Assembly (NCBI GenBank): GCA_963695975.1
Contig: CAVOIB010000001.1
Coordinates: forward strand, 65,149-129,148
Source of the DNA: an uncultured Actinomycetes bacterium
GTDB lineage: Bacteria > Actinomycetota > UBA4738 > HRBIN12
Length of the DNA stretch: 64,000 bases
Direction of reading: 5' to 3'
How positions within the stretch are numbered: position 1 is the stretch's first letter; each line of letters begins with the position of its first letter. The notes beneath the pieces are model-generated. The model did no database searches and was not told the DNA's origin. It saw nothing but the letters and a program-made list of their open reading frames with translations. Position numbers and translations under genes: made by a program. Shown here piece after piece: positions 46,222 to 57,200 of this stretch.

Positions 46222-46539
46222 ATGCAGCACGTACGCGTCGGGCTCTATGTCCTCACAGGAGGAACGCCCGATCAGATCATCGAGCGTGTGCGATCGAAGG
46301 GCGGCATGTTGGAGGTCTTCCAGCAGCATCCCGGGTTCGTCGCGTACGGCATGGGGGTCACTGAGGACGAGTTCCTCATCTCGATCTCCGTCTGGGACTC
46401 GGCTGAGCAAGCCGATGCTGCCACCGCCATGGCTGCCGAGTGGGTGGCCGAACACATCGAAGGTCGCGTCGAGCTGCAACAGGACTACGTGGGGAGCCTC
46501 AAGTTCCTGGTGCAGGCTGGGGCCAGGCTCACCGGCTGA
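46222..46539 (+). CDS. antibiotic-biosynthesis-monooxygenase (ABM) domain protein
   Basis: 105 aa; ferredoxin-like ABM pattern (…VEVFQQHPGFVAYGMGVTEDEFLISISVWDSAEQADA…). AAGGAGG SD. Confidence 0.55.
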   Translation: MQHVRVGLYVLTGGTPDQIIERVRSKGGMLEVFQQHPGFVAYGMGVTEDEFLISISVWDSAEQADAATAMAAEWVAEHIEGRVELQQDYVGSLKFLVQAGARLTG

Positions 46540-46665
46540 ACGACGGCGCTCTCAGCGAGACCGAGTACGCCACCCTTATGGTGCCACGGTGGCGTAGACA
46601 GATGACTGCAGGCGGGTCGTGATGCGGATCCACTTCTGACTGAGCGTCGCATCGAGGAGCCCTCC

Positions 46666-47655
46666 TCACGTGAGGAGATCCGTGATCGGCCACGCTCCGT
46701 CCGTCCAGTTCGAGATCACGGTGTAGGTGGTCGTCGACACCGGGTCGTACGTGCTGCGGAACGAGACGCCGGCGTCGTAGCCCTCCAACATCACGACGTC
46801 GCTGGACGCATGAAGGTGGAAGCCGAGGCCGTAGCGTTTCGACTCCTCCGGCCAGTCGCTGCGCGGCCGCACCATCTCCGCTACCCAGTCCTTCGACACG
46901 ATCCGTCCGGCGAAGAACGCGACCCAAAGGGCGCTGACGTTCGCCGCGGTGGAGTAGATCCCGCCATCACCGCTGCCGCGTACCGGCAGGTGGAACACGT
47001 TCGTCCTAGGGCTATCGACCGTGAGATACCCGAGCGCGGCTCGCCCGGGCAGTTCATCGGACCTCAAGAACTCGGTGTCTTCCATGCCCGCCGGCTCGCA
47101 TACGCGTCGACGCACCAGCTCGTGGAACGGCGTACCGCTCGTGCGCTCGGCGATCAACGCCAGCACGACGTAGCCGCCGTTGTTGTACGCGAACCGCTCG
47201 CCGGGCGGAAACACGGTGGCGTGGCCGTCCAGCACCGCGAGGTACTGCTCGGTCGTCGCGAGCTCGTGCACGGGGACCGGCATCACGTAGTCGGTGATCG
47301 CGTGCCCCGCGTCCTCGTCGAGGTAGTCGCCGATGCCCGATCGGTGCGACAAGAGATGTTCGATCGTCACGCCGTCGTCGATGAGCGGGAGATCGCCGCC
47401 GAGGACGGAACGCGCCGTGGTCTCGAGAGCCAGGGTTCCGTCTTCGATCAGGCTCACCACCGCGAGCGCCGTCAGGCCCTTCGCGCCGCTCGCGATCGCG
47501 AACTGCGTGTCGAAGGTGTTGGCGATCGCATGGCCGCGATCGGCCAGTCCGTACGCCTTCGCGAGCTCGACGGTGCCCGAGCGGTCGACACGCACGACGC
47601 CGGAGAACGCAGTGCGATGGGCCATCGAGTCAAGTGAGTCTTCCAACGGCTGCAT
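46666..47655 (-). CDS. beta-lactamase-family serine hydrolase (class C / esterase-like)
   Basis: SxxK motif (IASGAKGL) plus a YNNGGY-like motif. Start ATG at 47655 (MQPLEDSL…); the upstream part of ORF 46666..48393 is an extension artefact. Confidence 0.75.
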   Translation of the reverse strand: MQPLEDSLDSMAHRTAFSGVVRVDRSGTVELAKAYGLADRGHAIANTFDTQFAIASGAKGLTALAVVSLIEDGTLALETTARSVLGGDLPLIDDGVTIEHLLSHRSGIGDYLDEDAGHAITDYVMPVPVHELATTEQYLAVLDGHATVFPPGERFAYNNGGYVVLALIAERTSGTPFHELVRRRVCEPAGMEDTEFLRSDELPGRAALGYLTVDSPRTNVFHLPVRGSGDGGIYSTAANVSALWVAFFAGRIVSKDWVAEMVRPRSDWPEESKRYGLGFHLHASSDVVMLEGYDAGVSFRSTYDPVSTTTYTVISNWTDGAWPITDLLT

Positions 47656-47696
47656 GGAGGGGACTCTAGGGCGACCAAGGGTCGGGCGACATTGTG

Positions 47697-48884
47697 TTAC
47701 AGGATCCGGCGAAGCGATGTTCTCGTGACGATCGGCCACGCCACGGCGAACGAGCCCACGATCCCGAGCGTCGCAACGAGTAGCGCCTTGACGTCGCCCG
47801 ACAGATCGATCGGCCGCAGCAGGAGCGCGAGGGCGACGAGCACCGGACCCTGAAGCATGAACGCCGCGTAGGAGCTCCGGGCCATCGCTCGTCGCAACCG
47901 CCCGGAGCCGTTCAGGTGCCGCTGTGCGAAGGCCAGCACCCAGATCGGTGCGGACACGGCGACCACACCCTCGGTCATGGCTGCGAGCAGCGCGGGCAGG
48001 CCCCATCCGCCGAAATAGTCGTCCTCGGTCAGCCCGAACGACTCGGCGGACACGATGAACGCCGCCGTGCACGCGATGGCGACGATCGCCACGATCCCGC
48101 ATCGCCGCGCGAGGTGGGCGGCCACGGGTCGGAGCCACCCCCTGCTGCTGGCGGCAACCCCTAGGCCGAACATCGCCACGTACTCCGGCCAGCCCCAGAG
48201 CTTCACGTTCAACGGCTGGTTCGAGTCCGCGGGGAAGACGATCCGAACGGCGAACGTGCAGACGCCGACTGCGACGGCGAGCAAGATCAGGGAGCGACCA
48301 CGGAGCGGCCCGCGCTGCGGCGCGGGCCGTGGGAACCACTTCCGCCACGCGGCGAGGGCCAGCGAGAAGAGCAGGAGCACACCGACGAACCACATCGGCC
48401 CGTTGTCGAGCAGCGGGTCTGTGTTGCTGACCGACCGCCAGAACCCGGGATGCAGGAACGGTTCGAGGAGCGAGTACTCGAGCAGCGGCCAGATCAGCAG
48501 GGTGTAGACGGCGAACGGGATCCCGAGCCGCAGGAGCCTGTCCGACGCGAACCGAGTCGGTCCCTTGCGAGCGAGCGAGTCCTGGGTGAGGAGCCCCGAG
48601 ATGAGGAAGAACAGCGCCATCAAGAACAGCGCGCCCAGGCTCATGACCAGGATCAACGAGACCAGCTCGACGGCCGGCGAGAGCGTGACCTCCTGCACGT
48701 CCTGATAGGTCCAGCTGCCGAACGTCGCGTAACCCTGCACGGCATGCGCCGCGATGATCCCCGCGATCAGGATCGTCTTCAGGTTGTCCAGATAGGCGTA
48801 ACGCTCGCCGGTCCCCGTCGCAGGCACCGCTTGGCGCACGGATGCTCGCTGCCCATGCACAGCCTCCTCCTTCGATCTGAGCAT
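47697..48884 (-). CDS. acyltransferase family 3 (OpgC/OafA-like) integral membrane protein
   Basis: About 10 TM helices; N-terminal …YLDNLKTILIAGIIAAH… typical of acyltransferase_3. Confidence 0.7.
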   Translation of the reverse strand: MLRSKEEAVHGQRASVRQAVPATGTGERYAYLDNLKTILIAGIIAAHAVQGYATFGSWTYQDVQEVTLSPAVELVSLILVMSLGALFLMALFFLISGLLTQDSLARKGPTRFASDRLLRLGIPFAVYTLLIWPLLEYSLLEPFLHPGFWRSVSNTDPLLDNGPMWFVGVLLLFSLALAAWRKWFPRPAPQRGPLRGRSLILLAVAVGVCTFAVRIVFPADSNQPLNVKLWGWPEYVAMFGLGVAASSRGWLRPVAAHLARRCGIVAIVAIACTAAFIVSAESFGLTEDDYFGGWGLPALLAAMTEGVVAVSAPIWVLAFAQRHLNGSGRLRRAMARSSYAAFMLQGPVLVALALLLRPIDLSGDVKALLVATLGIVGSFAVAWPIVTRTSLRRIL

Positions 48885-48960
48885 CCGATCGGGGGAGCGC
48901 TGGTCACAGAGGCGTGTGTCCCGTTGCGGCCGGGACGAGCGGAGCGCTCGATGATCCTGT

Positions 48961-50397
48961 TCAACTGGTCATGCGGTTGAACCAGATCGCACCGGGGCCG
49001 GCATGGAAGCTCGCGCCTTCGCCCCAGACCGCCACCGACCTGCCGTTGTTCGTGATGTCGATCGCGCCGTAGTCGCCGTACTCCGAGGCGAACCCGGCCG
49101 GGGTCTTGTACGCGGCGCCGCTCTTCGCGTCGGCGATGTCGACCTCCGTGCTCCAGGTCAGCCCGCCGTCCGCAGAGGATCGGTAGTACGTGTTCCACGA
49201 ACCCGTCCGGTCGTCGGCGTAGAAGAGGCGGAAGTCACTGCTCGCGCCGCCCGTGATCGCCGGATGGCTTGCGTTCGCCGAGCCGTTCCCGAGCTGGACC
49301 GCCGGCGCCCAAGTCGCCCCGCCATCGGTCGAGCGACGCACCCACACGTGGCCGTTGCCTCTCAGCCCGGTGGCGCCCGTGTACAGCGCCACCAGGTTCC
49401 CCGCATCGTCGCTCGCGAGCGCGGTGGAAGATGACGTCCTCCAGTTCACGCCGGTGAACGGCCTCGCGAGGACCGTGCGGGCCCACGAGGTCCCGCCGTC
49501 CGTCGTGCGCCAGATCTCGACGTCGATCCCGCCGGTCCACGGCTGGCCGTTCGGGTAGCTCGAGGCGGAGAGCAGGGCCGTTCCATCCGGCAGGACCTCC
49601 AGACCGTTCGGATACCGGTAGCGGTCGGTGTCGTCGTTCAGCTTGACCGGGCGAGCGAACGAGGCGCCGGCGTCGTGGGATGTCGCAACCCACACATCCG
49701 ATCGGGTCGAGTAGGCGATGTAGACGTCCGTGCCGCTCGGGCTCACGCCGATCCACGGCTTGTCGCCCCACGCCGTTCCTGACACCTTGATCGGCGCGGT
49801 CCACGTGCCCCCGTGATCCGGGGACTCGCTGAACATCATGTCGTAGTCGTTCATCCAGGTGGCGTAGGCCACGCCGTTCGAGGCCACCTTGACGACCGGG
49901 TCGAACTGGAACCTCACACCTGCGCATCGGCAGAGGTATGTCTCCGGCCCCCAGCTCACGCCCCTGTTGGCGGAGACCCGCACGTACATCGGCGTGAATG
50001 GGCACCGCTTGCACGCGGTGGGGCCGCCGAACCGGTTGTACATCACGTAGACGTACGGGGCGTTCGGATCGGCGGCGATCGTCGGCTCCCACGCGTCCTC
50101 CACGCCAAGCTTGATCTCACCGGCCCACCCAGGAGCCGGGACGAGTGGCGCCATCGCGTCGGCCTCGGCGCGCGTGATGCGCCCCTGCTCCGCCGCGGTC
50201 ACAGGCGCGCCTGCGTGCTCGCCGGCCTCCCGCTCGGGGTCCTCCTGCTCGACGCCTTCTGCTCGCTCAGAGCCGGATCGCGACACGGTCCGTGGCCCTT
50301 GCGGACGAAGGGCCACCGCCGCGATCAGCAACCCGGCGACGGCCACCGCGATCAGCGAGACGATCCAGGCCCTACGCATCCACCACCCATCCAACAT
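48961..50397 (-). CDS. membrane-anchored BNR/Asp-box repeat glycosidase-like (sialidase-like) protein
   Basis: N-terminal TM anchor and five SxDxGxTW/F Asp-box repeats (SPDHGGTW, SHDAGASF, TTDGGTSW, STDGGATW, SADGGLTW). Confidence 0.65.
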   Translation of the reverse strand: MLDGWWMRRAWIVSLIAVAVAGLLIAAVALRPQGPRTVSRSGSERAEGVEQEDPEREAGEHAGAPVTAAEQGRITRAEADAMAPLVPAPGWAGEIKLGVEDAWEPTIAADPNAPYVYVMYNRFGGPTACKRCPFTPMYVRVSANRGVSWGPETYLCRCAGVRFQFDPVVKVASNGVAYATWMNDYDMMFSESPDHGGTWTAPIKVSGTAWGDKPWIGVSPSGTDVYIAYSTRSDVWVATSHDAGASFARPVKLNDDTDRYRYPNGLEVLPDGTALLSASSYPNGQPWTGGIDVEIWRTTDGGTSWARTVLARPFTGVNWRTSSSTALASDDAGNLVALYTGATGLRGNGHVWVRRSTDGGATWAPAVQLGNGSANASHPAITGGASSDFRLFYADDRTGSWNTYYRSSADGGLTWSTEVDIADAKSGAAYKTPAGFASEYGDYGAIDITNNGRSVAVWGEGASFHAGPGAIWFNRMTS

Positions 50398-50547
50398 GGG
50401 AGGGCACCCTACGCGATGCGGAGGGAAGGGATGATTCGAGCGTGGAGGACGAACCGCGCCTCACGCGCCTTCAGGTCCTCCAAGCCCTCGGTCTCCTTCT
50501 GGACCGTCGAGGGCCGGGTCAGCGCGATCTGATCCGGCGATCGAACT

Positions 50548-50994
50548 TCAGGCTGGCGGCTGAGGTGCCTCCGGCATCAAGCCGAGTTGGCCCATCATGC
50601 CCGCGATGTCGTAGACGCCGTAATGCTCGGTGTTCATGCCGGCGTCGTCGAACGTGAACACGTCGATCGCGCCCATCGAGAACGACTTGCCGGTCGGAGG
50701 CGCGCCCGTCCCCATCATCCCGACGGTGTCGGTGCCGGTCATCGTGCTGCGGACCGCCACTTTGTTCCCGGCGGCGATGACGTCCTCGATCTCGATGTGC
50801 ATGTCGGGGGTCTGCGCCCGCATCATGTTGAACATCGCGATCGCGCCCGCCTTGTCGGCAGTGCCGCCCGGCATCGGGGTGCGCTCGACGTAGTCCTCCG
50901 ACAAGGTCTTCTCGGCGAACCCGATGTCGCCCTCGTTCAGGACCTTCTGGATCAGCTCGCGAACGGTCGACGCGTTCTCTTCCGGCGTGGTCAT
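50548..50994 (-). CDS. SnoaL-like / ester cyclase (NTF2-like fold) protein
   Basis: 148 aa; characteristic …EGDIGFAEKTLSEDYVERTP… and …FSMGAIDVFTFDD…. Confidence 0.6.
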   Translation of the reverse strand: MTTPEENASTVRELIQKVLNEGDIGFAEKTLSEDYVERTPMPGGTADKAGAIAMFNMMRAQTPDMHIEIEDVIAAGNKVAVRSTMTGTDTVGMMGTGAPPTGKSFSMGAIDVFTFDDAGMNTEHYGVYDIAGMMGQLGLMPEAPQPPA

Positions 50995-50998
50995 GTCG

Positions 50999-51439
50999 TC
51001 ACATCCCTTCCGGGGCAGGCATGGCTCCGAGCTGGACCATCATCTTCGGGATATCCATCTGTGCCCACGTCTCGACGATCGTGCCGTCGTCGGCGTGACG
51101 CGAGATCTGGATCCAGTCGAAATCGACGCTCTTGCCGGTCGCCGGCGGACCTCCCATCGGCATGGCTCCGTCGTTCGTTCCCGTCATCCGCACGTGCGAG
51201 ACGACCTTTTCGCCTTCGCCGAAGATGTCGAGGATCTCGGTGTCCTTGTCGGAGAACATCTGGAACGTGCCTTCGTTCGCCATGATCGCGCCCTCGACCC
51301 CTGAGGGCAGGGGTCCGGGCTGCGGCGTGTTGGCCACGAAGTCGGGCGCGAGGCACGCGCGGACGGTGTCGTAGTCGCGGGCGTTGTAGGCGTCCTCGAG
51401 CTTCCGAACCAGCTCGACGTTCCGTGCGGCATCACTCAT
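50999..51439 (-). CDS. SnoaL-like / ester cyclase protein, tandem paralogue
   Basis: 146 aa, homologous to 50548..50994 (…VDFDWIQISRHADDGTIVETW…). Confidence 0.6.
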   Translation of the reverse strand: MSDAARNVELVRKLEDAYNARDYDTVRACLAPDFVANTPQPGPLPSGVEGAIMANEGTFQMFSDKDTEILDIFGEGEKVVSHVRMTGTNDGAMPMGGPPATGKSVDFDWIQISRHADDGTIVETWAQMDIPKMMVQLGAMPAPEGM

Positions 51440-51633
51440 GGAACCCTCCCCAGGGTCGGCGTCCCTCCGAAGCTACGCCCGGTCGGTGCCGAAGTGCAAG
51501 GTCGCCTCGATGAACGTTCGAGGCGCCCTCTCACGGCCGAATGGTCCTCACCAAGGAGGTCCGTCGGGTCGTGTGTCGGTCCGCGTCGAGTGCGAACGTG
51601 AAGGTGGATGAAGGCGACCCAAGGAGGCACGCC

Positions 51634-52146
51634 ATGCCCACGCAGACGATCCGAAGCAAGGAGACGACGACGGCCGCTGGGTTGACCAGCGAGCAAGCTT
51701 GGCATGCGATCGACAAGGCGTCCTTCGCGGTCCTCAGCGAGGTGACCCTTGGCGGGGAGCCGCGGTCGAGCGGTGTCGTCTACAAGACCCTCCGCCGGCG
51801 GCTGTACGTCGCGGTCGCACCCGACAGCTGGAAGGCGAAGCACGTCGCGGCGAACGGTCGGGTCGCCGTGACCGTGACGGTGCGCCGGGGCGGGTTGCTG
51901 TCGCTCATGGTGCCTATCCCTCCGGCGACCATCAGCTTCCACGCGACGGCGACGATCTTGCCGGCGGGCTCACCGCAGCGTCGGGAGACCCTGGAGGAGC
52001 TGGGCTCGCTGCTGCCGCCCGAGCGGCGAGATGCCGCCGCGATCATCGAGATCGTTCCCGAGGGCACGTTCGTCACGTACGGCCTCGGGGTCCCGCTGTT
52101 GAAGATGCGCGACCCGGTGGCCGCTCGCGCACGCGTACACGTCTAG
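51634..52146 (+). CDS. pyridoxamine 5'-phosphate oxidase-like (PNPOx / F420-or-FMN-binding split-barrel) protein
   Basis: ATG at 51634 preceded by AAGGAGG. …SFAVLSEVTLGGEPRSSGVVYK…AKHVAANGRVAVTV… split-barrel pattern. The upstream part of ORF 51541.. is an extension. Confidence 0.55.
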   Translation: MPTQTIRSKETTTAAGLTSEQAWHAIDKASFAVLSEVTLGGEPRSSGVVYKTLRRRLYVAVAPDSWKAKHVAANGRVAVTVTVRRGGLLSLMVPIPPATISFHATATILPAGSPQRRETLEELGSLLPPERRDAAAIIEIVPEGTFVTYGLGVPLLKMRDPVAARARVHV

Positions 52147-52668
52147 GTGGTGAGACACATGACGACCTTGCGGACAACGCCGCCGAGTGCAGGCCCCGCG
52201 AAAGGCAGAAAGTTGAACCTGAAGGTGCTCGTAGGAAGCGGAGAGAAGATCGCGCTCTTCACGTTGCCGTTCCTGATCGTCGGCCTGATCTTGGATGCGG
52301 CCTTTGCATCCCTGTTCCAGATCGAGGGCTCATCGACCGCACTCCATGTGCTCGCCATCGTCCTGTTGATCCCTGGTGTCACGATCTGGATCTGGTCGGT
52401 CGTCTTGATCCTGAAGAAGGTGCCTCGCGGAGAACTGATCACGAACGGCCCCTTCGCCTTGGTGAAGCACCCGCTCTACACCAGCGTCGCTCTTCTGGTG
52501 CTTCCAGGTATCGGCTTGCTGTTCGACACGTGGTTGTGGACGTTCATCGGGATCGCCCTCTACGTCGGGTCGAGGATCTACTCGCCCGAGGAAGAAGAGG
52601 AACTCTCGAGGACGTTCGGTGCGGGCTGGGATGCGTACCGCGCGACGGTGATGATCCCCTGGCTATGA
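52147..52668 (+). CDS. membrane methyltransferase of the ICMT/PEMT family
   Basis: 4-5 TM helices; C-terminal …LITNGPFALVKHPLYTSV…EEEELSRTFGAGWDAYRATV… typical of isoprenylcysteine/phospholipid methyltransferases. Confidence 0.6.
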   Translation: MVRHMTTLRTTPPSAGPAKGRKLNLKVLVGSGEKIALFTLPFLIVGLILDAAFASLFQIEGSSTALHVLAIVLLIPGVTIWIWSVVLILKKVPRGELITNGPFALVKHPLYTSVALLVLPGIGLLFDTWLWTFIGIALYVGSRIYSPEEEEELSRTFGAGWDAYRATVMIPWL

Positions 52669-52694
52669 GCAGGGGAACCCGCGCAGGCCTCTGC

Positions 52695-53483
52695 TCAGAT
52701 CGGGTCCAGGGGGGCAGCTGCGAGGACCTCCTTCGCGGCGTGCATGAGGCTCGCATCTGTGGGCAGGCTCCGGTCGTCGATGCGCGCGACCCGGGCGATC
52801 CCGTGCGAGTTCGTGACGAACGCGCCGTCGAGCGACGCCAGATCCGCCACATGGACGGGTTCGTAGCGCCACGCGATGCCCGCCCGGTCGAGCTCCCGCT
52901 GGAGCACCTGCATCATGATGCCGCGGAGCGCGGGCGCATCCGGCCAGACGATCGCGTCGCCGTCGACGAAGCCGATGTTCGTGATGGCGCCCTCGCAGAT
53001 GCGGCCGTCCGTCCCGACGAACAGCGCCTCGTGGAAGCCGTTGGCGTGGGCGAGGCCGGCGTAGTAGCCCTGCCCGAAGCTGGAAGCGTGTTTCAGATGG
53101 GCGGCCGGACGCTGATACACGACCGTCTGCAGGCTCTGGGGATCGGCCGGCGCCGACGCCGGCGGCCGCACGCTGACCACGATGGAGACGTCGTCGGCGG
53201 TATCCGACCAGAACACGTTGACGCGGACCGAGGCGTCTGTGATGTCGTCCGCGAGCGCATGTCCGATCGAGCCGCGGACCCGGTCGCCCTCGAGTTCGAC
53301 GCCGAACAGTTCCCGCGTTGCGTCGTCGAGGCGAGCGAGGTGGAACTCCATGCCGAGCGTCTGACGGTCCCTCACCTGCATCGCGGTGAAATGGCCGGAG
53401 GCGCTCAGGTCGAGGGTCCAGATCTCCTCGATGGAGGCGGCATGGCCGTCGATCTCGACCCGCGGGAGACGAACGTCGCTCAC
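52695..53483 (-). CDS. aminotransferase class IV (BCAT / aminodeoxychorismate-lyase fold)
   Basis: Fold-type IV PLP motifs (…EALFVGTDGRICEGAITNIGFV…). Confidence 0.7.
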   Translation of the reverse strand: MSDVRLPRVEIDGHAASIEEIWTLDLSASGHFTAMQVRDRQTLGMEFHLARLDDATRELFGVELEGDRVRGSIGHALADDITDASVRVNVFWSDTADDVSIVVSVRPPASAPADPQSLQTVVYQRPAAHLKHASSFGQGYYAGLAHANGFHEALFVGTDGRICEGAITNIGFVDGDAIVWPDAPALRGIMMQVLQRELDRAGIAWRYEPVHVADLASLDGAFVTNSHGIARVARIDDRSLPTDASLMHAAKEVLAAAPLDPI

Positions 53484-53495
53484 GGGTGGAGCCTG

Positions 53496-53717
53496 CTAGT
53501 GACCGCCGCACATGCAGCTGCCGCCGCAGGCGCAGCCACCGCCTGAGGGCGCTGAGCTACGGAAGCCGCCGCTCGAGGTCGAGGCGGCGAACATCGAGAT
53601 CCGGCGCATCACGTGCTCGGACTCGCAGGTCGGGCAGGCGGGTGCGTCGTCGCTCATCGAACGGAGCCGTTCGAAGAGGTGTCCGCAGTTCCCGCACTCG
53701 TACTCGTACAGCGGCAT
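53496..53717 (-). CDS. FmdB-family zinc-ribbon protein
   Basis: MPLYEYECGNCGHLFE…CPTCES plus a Gly/Cys-rich tail. Confidence 0.7.
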   Translation of the reverse strand: MPLYEYECGNCGHLFERLRSMSDDAPACPTCESEHVMRRISMFAASTSSGGFRSSAPSGGGCACGGSCMCGGH

Positions 53718-53742
53718 GCGGGAAGTGTACGAGGCCGCGGGC

Positions 53743-54117
53743 TCAGAACCCCCAACGCTTGGGATTGCGCCCCGCGACCGCGACGGTGCCGTGCTTTCCC
53801 CTGCCGATCGCGGTGCCTGCCCCCTCCCCGACCCAGGTGCCGCCTCCCGGCACGAAGCCGGTCACGACGAGCGGTGCGAGGTCGCCGAAGTCGAACGTGG
53901 CCCGGTACAGGATCCTGCCGGGTCGATTGGTCGGCGTCTCCTCGATCGTGACCGAGCCGAGCTCCGTGCCGCGCTCCCAGTCGCCGACCAGCTCCCAGAC
54001 CTTCTCGTCGCTGAACACCCGCTGGCCTGGGCCCGCCTCCTCGAGCGTCCTGCCCGCGGACACGCGCTCGTCGCTCAGGAGCCGGAAGTCGAAGATCGGT
54101 ACCCGCTCCTCCGCCAT
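53743..54117 (-). CDS. hypothetical protein
   Basis: About 124 aa from MAEERVPIFDF… No family recognised. Confidence 0.3.
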   Translation of the reverse strand: MAEERVPIFDFRLLSDERVSAGRTLEEAGPGQRVFSDEKVWELVGDWERGTELGSVTIEETPTNRPGRILYRATFDFGDLAPLVVTGFVPGGGTWVGEGAGTAIGRGKHGTVAVAGRNPKRWGF

Positions 54118-54206
54118 CGCTGGCCTCCTCACCGTCGCCGATACCACCACACCCTAGGCGCGATGGTCGGGGCGAAGCAATGGTCGACCTGACCTAGACT
54201 CGCCCC

Positions 54207-57200
54207 ATGCCGGTCTGCGGGTCCTGCGGCCAGGACAATCCCGCGCGAGCGCGGTTCTGCATGTCGTGCGCGTCACCGCTCGTCGTCGAGGAGCCGGCAT
54301 CTCATGGGGCGCGCAAGACCGTGACCGTGGTGTTCTGCGACGTCGTGGACTCCACCCCGCTCGGTGAGCGCTTGGACCCTGAGTCGGTCCGCCAGGTCAT
54401 GACGGATTTCTTCCGCGAGATGCGCGGTGCGCTGGAGCGCCATGGCGGCACCGTGGAGAAGTTCATCGGCGACGCCGTGATGGCGGTGTTCGGGGTGCCG
54501 CTCCTGCACGAGGACGATGCGTTCCGCGCGGTGCGCGCTGCGCAGGCCATGCGCGAGGCGCTCGACGGATTGAACGCCGACCTCTATCGGCGGTTCGAGG
54601 TCCGCCTGCAGACGCGGATCGGTGTGAACACGGGCGAGGTCGTCGTGGGCGACGCCGCCGCGGGCCAGTCGCTCGTGGTCGGCGACGCGGTGAACATCGC
54701 CGCCCGGCTCGAGCAGGCCGCGGGAGTGGGCGAGATCCTCTTGGGGTCGGTGACCCATGCGCTCGTGCGCGATCACGTCGTGGCCGAACCGACGGAGCCG
54801 CTCGAGCTGAAAGGCAAGGCCGGGACCATCGTCGCGCACCGTCTCGTCTCGGTCGGTGCGGGCCCCGATGCACCAGGCGCTCGGCCGGATCCTCCGCTGG
54901 TCGGGCGGGCAGACGAGCTCGAGGTCCTGCGCTCGTCCTTCGAGCGGGCGGTGCGTGAGCGCAGCTGTGCGATGGTCACGATCCTGGGAGCTGCGGGCGT
55001 GGGGAAGTCGCGGCTGGCGCGGGAGTTCGTGCCGTCGCACGAGCCGGGTGCCCTCGTGCTTCGTGCCCGGTGCCTCCCCTACGGCGACGGCATCACGTTC
55101 TGGCCTGTAGCCGACCTCGTGAAGCAGGTCTGTGGGATCGACGACGGCGAGGGTCGCGCCGAGGCGCGCGCCAAGATCGACGCCGCGCTCAGCGGGTGCG
55201 AGGCAGGCCCCCTCGTGGCCGAGCGTGTCGCCGCGGTCACCGGGTTCGCGGACTCGACGGCTGGGCTGGAGGAGACGTTCTGGGGGATCCGGCGATTCCT
55301 CGAGTGGTCGGGGCGCTTCCGTCCCCTCGTGGTGGTCCTCGACGACCTGCAATGGGCCGAGCCCACGTTCCTCGATCTCGTCGAGTATCTCGGGGGATGG
55401 AGCCGCGGCGTCGCGATGCTGCTCCTATGCCTTGCCCGGCCCGATCTCACCGATCTCCGAACCACCTGGGGTTCCGGCATCCCGAACGCGACGGTGTTGC
55501 CGCTCAGTCCGCTCGACGATCTCGAGAGCGAGCGTCTCGTCTCGGAACTGCTCGGTGGGGAGCGGCTCGACGAACGGGTGTACGCGCGGATCGCGGAGTT
55601 CGCGGGCGGCAACCCGCTCTTCCTCGAAGAGATGCTTCGCATGCTCGAGGACGACGACCTCCTCCGAAGGCAGGATGGACGCTGGGTCGCGAGCGAGGAT
55701 CTCGGCGACTTCAGGGTCCCGGAGTCCATCCAGGCGCTCCTGTCCGCGCGACTGGACCGTCTCTCGCAAGAGGAGCGCCTGGTGATCCGGGCTGCCTCGG
55801 TCATCGGCAAGGTGTTCTGGTGGGGCGCGGTGAAGGAGCTCGCGCCCGAGGCTATCCGACCGGAGGTCGGCACCGCGCTGCAGACGTTGGTACGCAAGGA
55901 CCTGATCCGCCCAGAGCGTTCGACCTTCGCGGGCGAGGACGCCTTCCGTTTCCACCACATCTTGATCCAGGAGGCGGCGTATCGCGGCACGCCGAAGGAG
56001 GTCCGGGCCGACCTGCACGAGGCGTTCGCCAACTGGGTCGAGAACGTAGCGGGCGATCGCGCGACCGAGCTTGAGGAGGTGATGGGTTACCACCTCGAGC
56101 AGTCGTACCGCTACCGCGTCGAGCTGGCCCCCGTCGGCGAGCGCGAGCGCGCCCTAGCGACCCGGGCGGCGCTGCGGCTCGCCCCCGCGGGCATGCGTGC
56201 CTTCGAGCGCCGTGACATCCCGGCGGCGTCGGATCTCCTCGGCCGCGCCGAGGCCCTCCTGCCGCAAGAGAACGCCGAACGCCGGCCCCTGCTGCTCGCG
56301 CTCGGCGAGGTGTTGGCCGAGGCCGGCGACCTCAAGCCTGCCGAGGCAGCCCTGGACGAGGCCGAGACGCTCGCGGAGGAGGCCGGCGACGCCGCGAGCG
56401 CGGCCAACGCCGGGATCCTCCGGCTCGTCCTGCTCGAGTCCACCGATCCTCAGCGCCTGTCCGGCGGGTCGATCCCCGAGGCCGAACGATTGATCGGGAT
56501 CCTCGACTCGCTGGGGGACGACCTCGGCCTGGCGCGCGCCTGGCGTCTGATCGGGGACCTGCACTGGAACCACGCGCGTTACGGAGCCGCCGACGAGGCC
56601 CTCGCCCGCGCGATCGACCACGCACGCCGCGCCGGCGCGATGCGCGAGGAGGCCGATGCGCTCGGCCGGTACACCGGGTCGGGCACCTACGGGCCGGCGC
56701 CGGTCGAGGAGATCGAACGCCGATGCGACGAGCTCCTGGAGAGGACCACGGGCTCGGGGTACGAGGCACCCGCCCTCCGGGCGCTCGCCTGGGTCCGGGC
56801 GATGCAGGGCCGCTTCGACGACGCGCGTGGCCTCGTCCAACGGGCCCGCGCGATCTTCGAAGATCTCGGTCTTCGCCTGCGGTCGACGTTCGTCTCCGAG
56901 ACCGCCGGCGCGATCGAGATGCTCGCCGGCGACGTCGTCGCAGCTGAGCGCGAGTGGCGCGCCGGGTTCGACGCGGCCGTGGAGATGGGCGAGCAGGGAT
57001 TCCAGTCCACGGTCGCGGCGCTGCTCGCCCACGCGCTCCTGCGCCAAGGGCGTTTGGACGAGGCGGAGGCGATGGTCACGCTCAGCGACCGCGCGGGGGC
57101 GGAGGACGACGTGAGCACGCAGGTGATCGGGCGCAGCGCCCAGGCCCGCGTCCTCGCCTCGCGTGGCCAGGTCGATGAGGCCGAGCGCGTCGCCCGCGAC

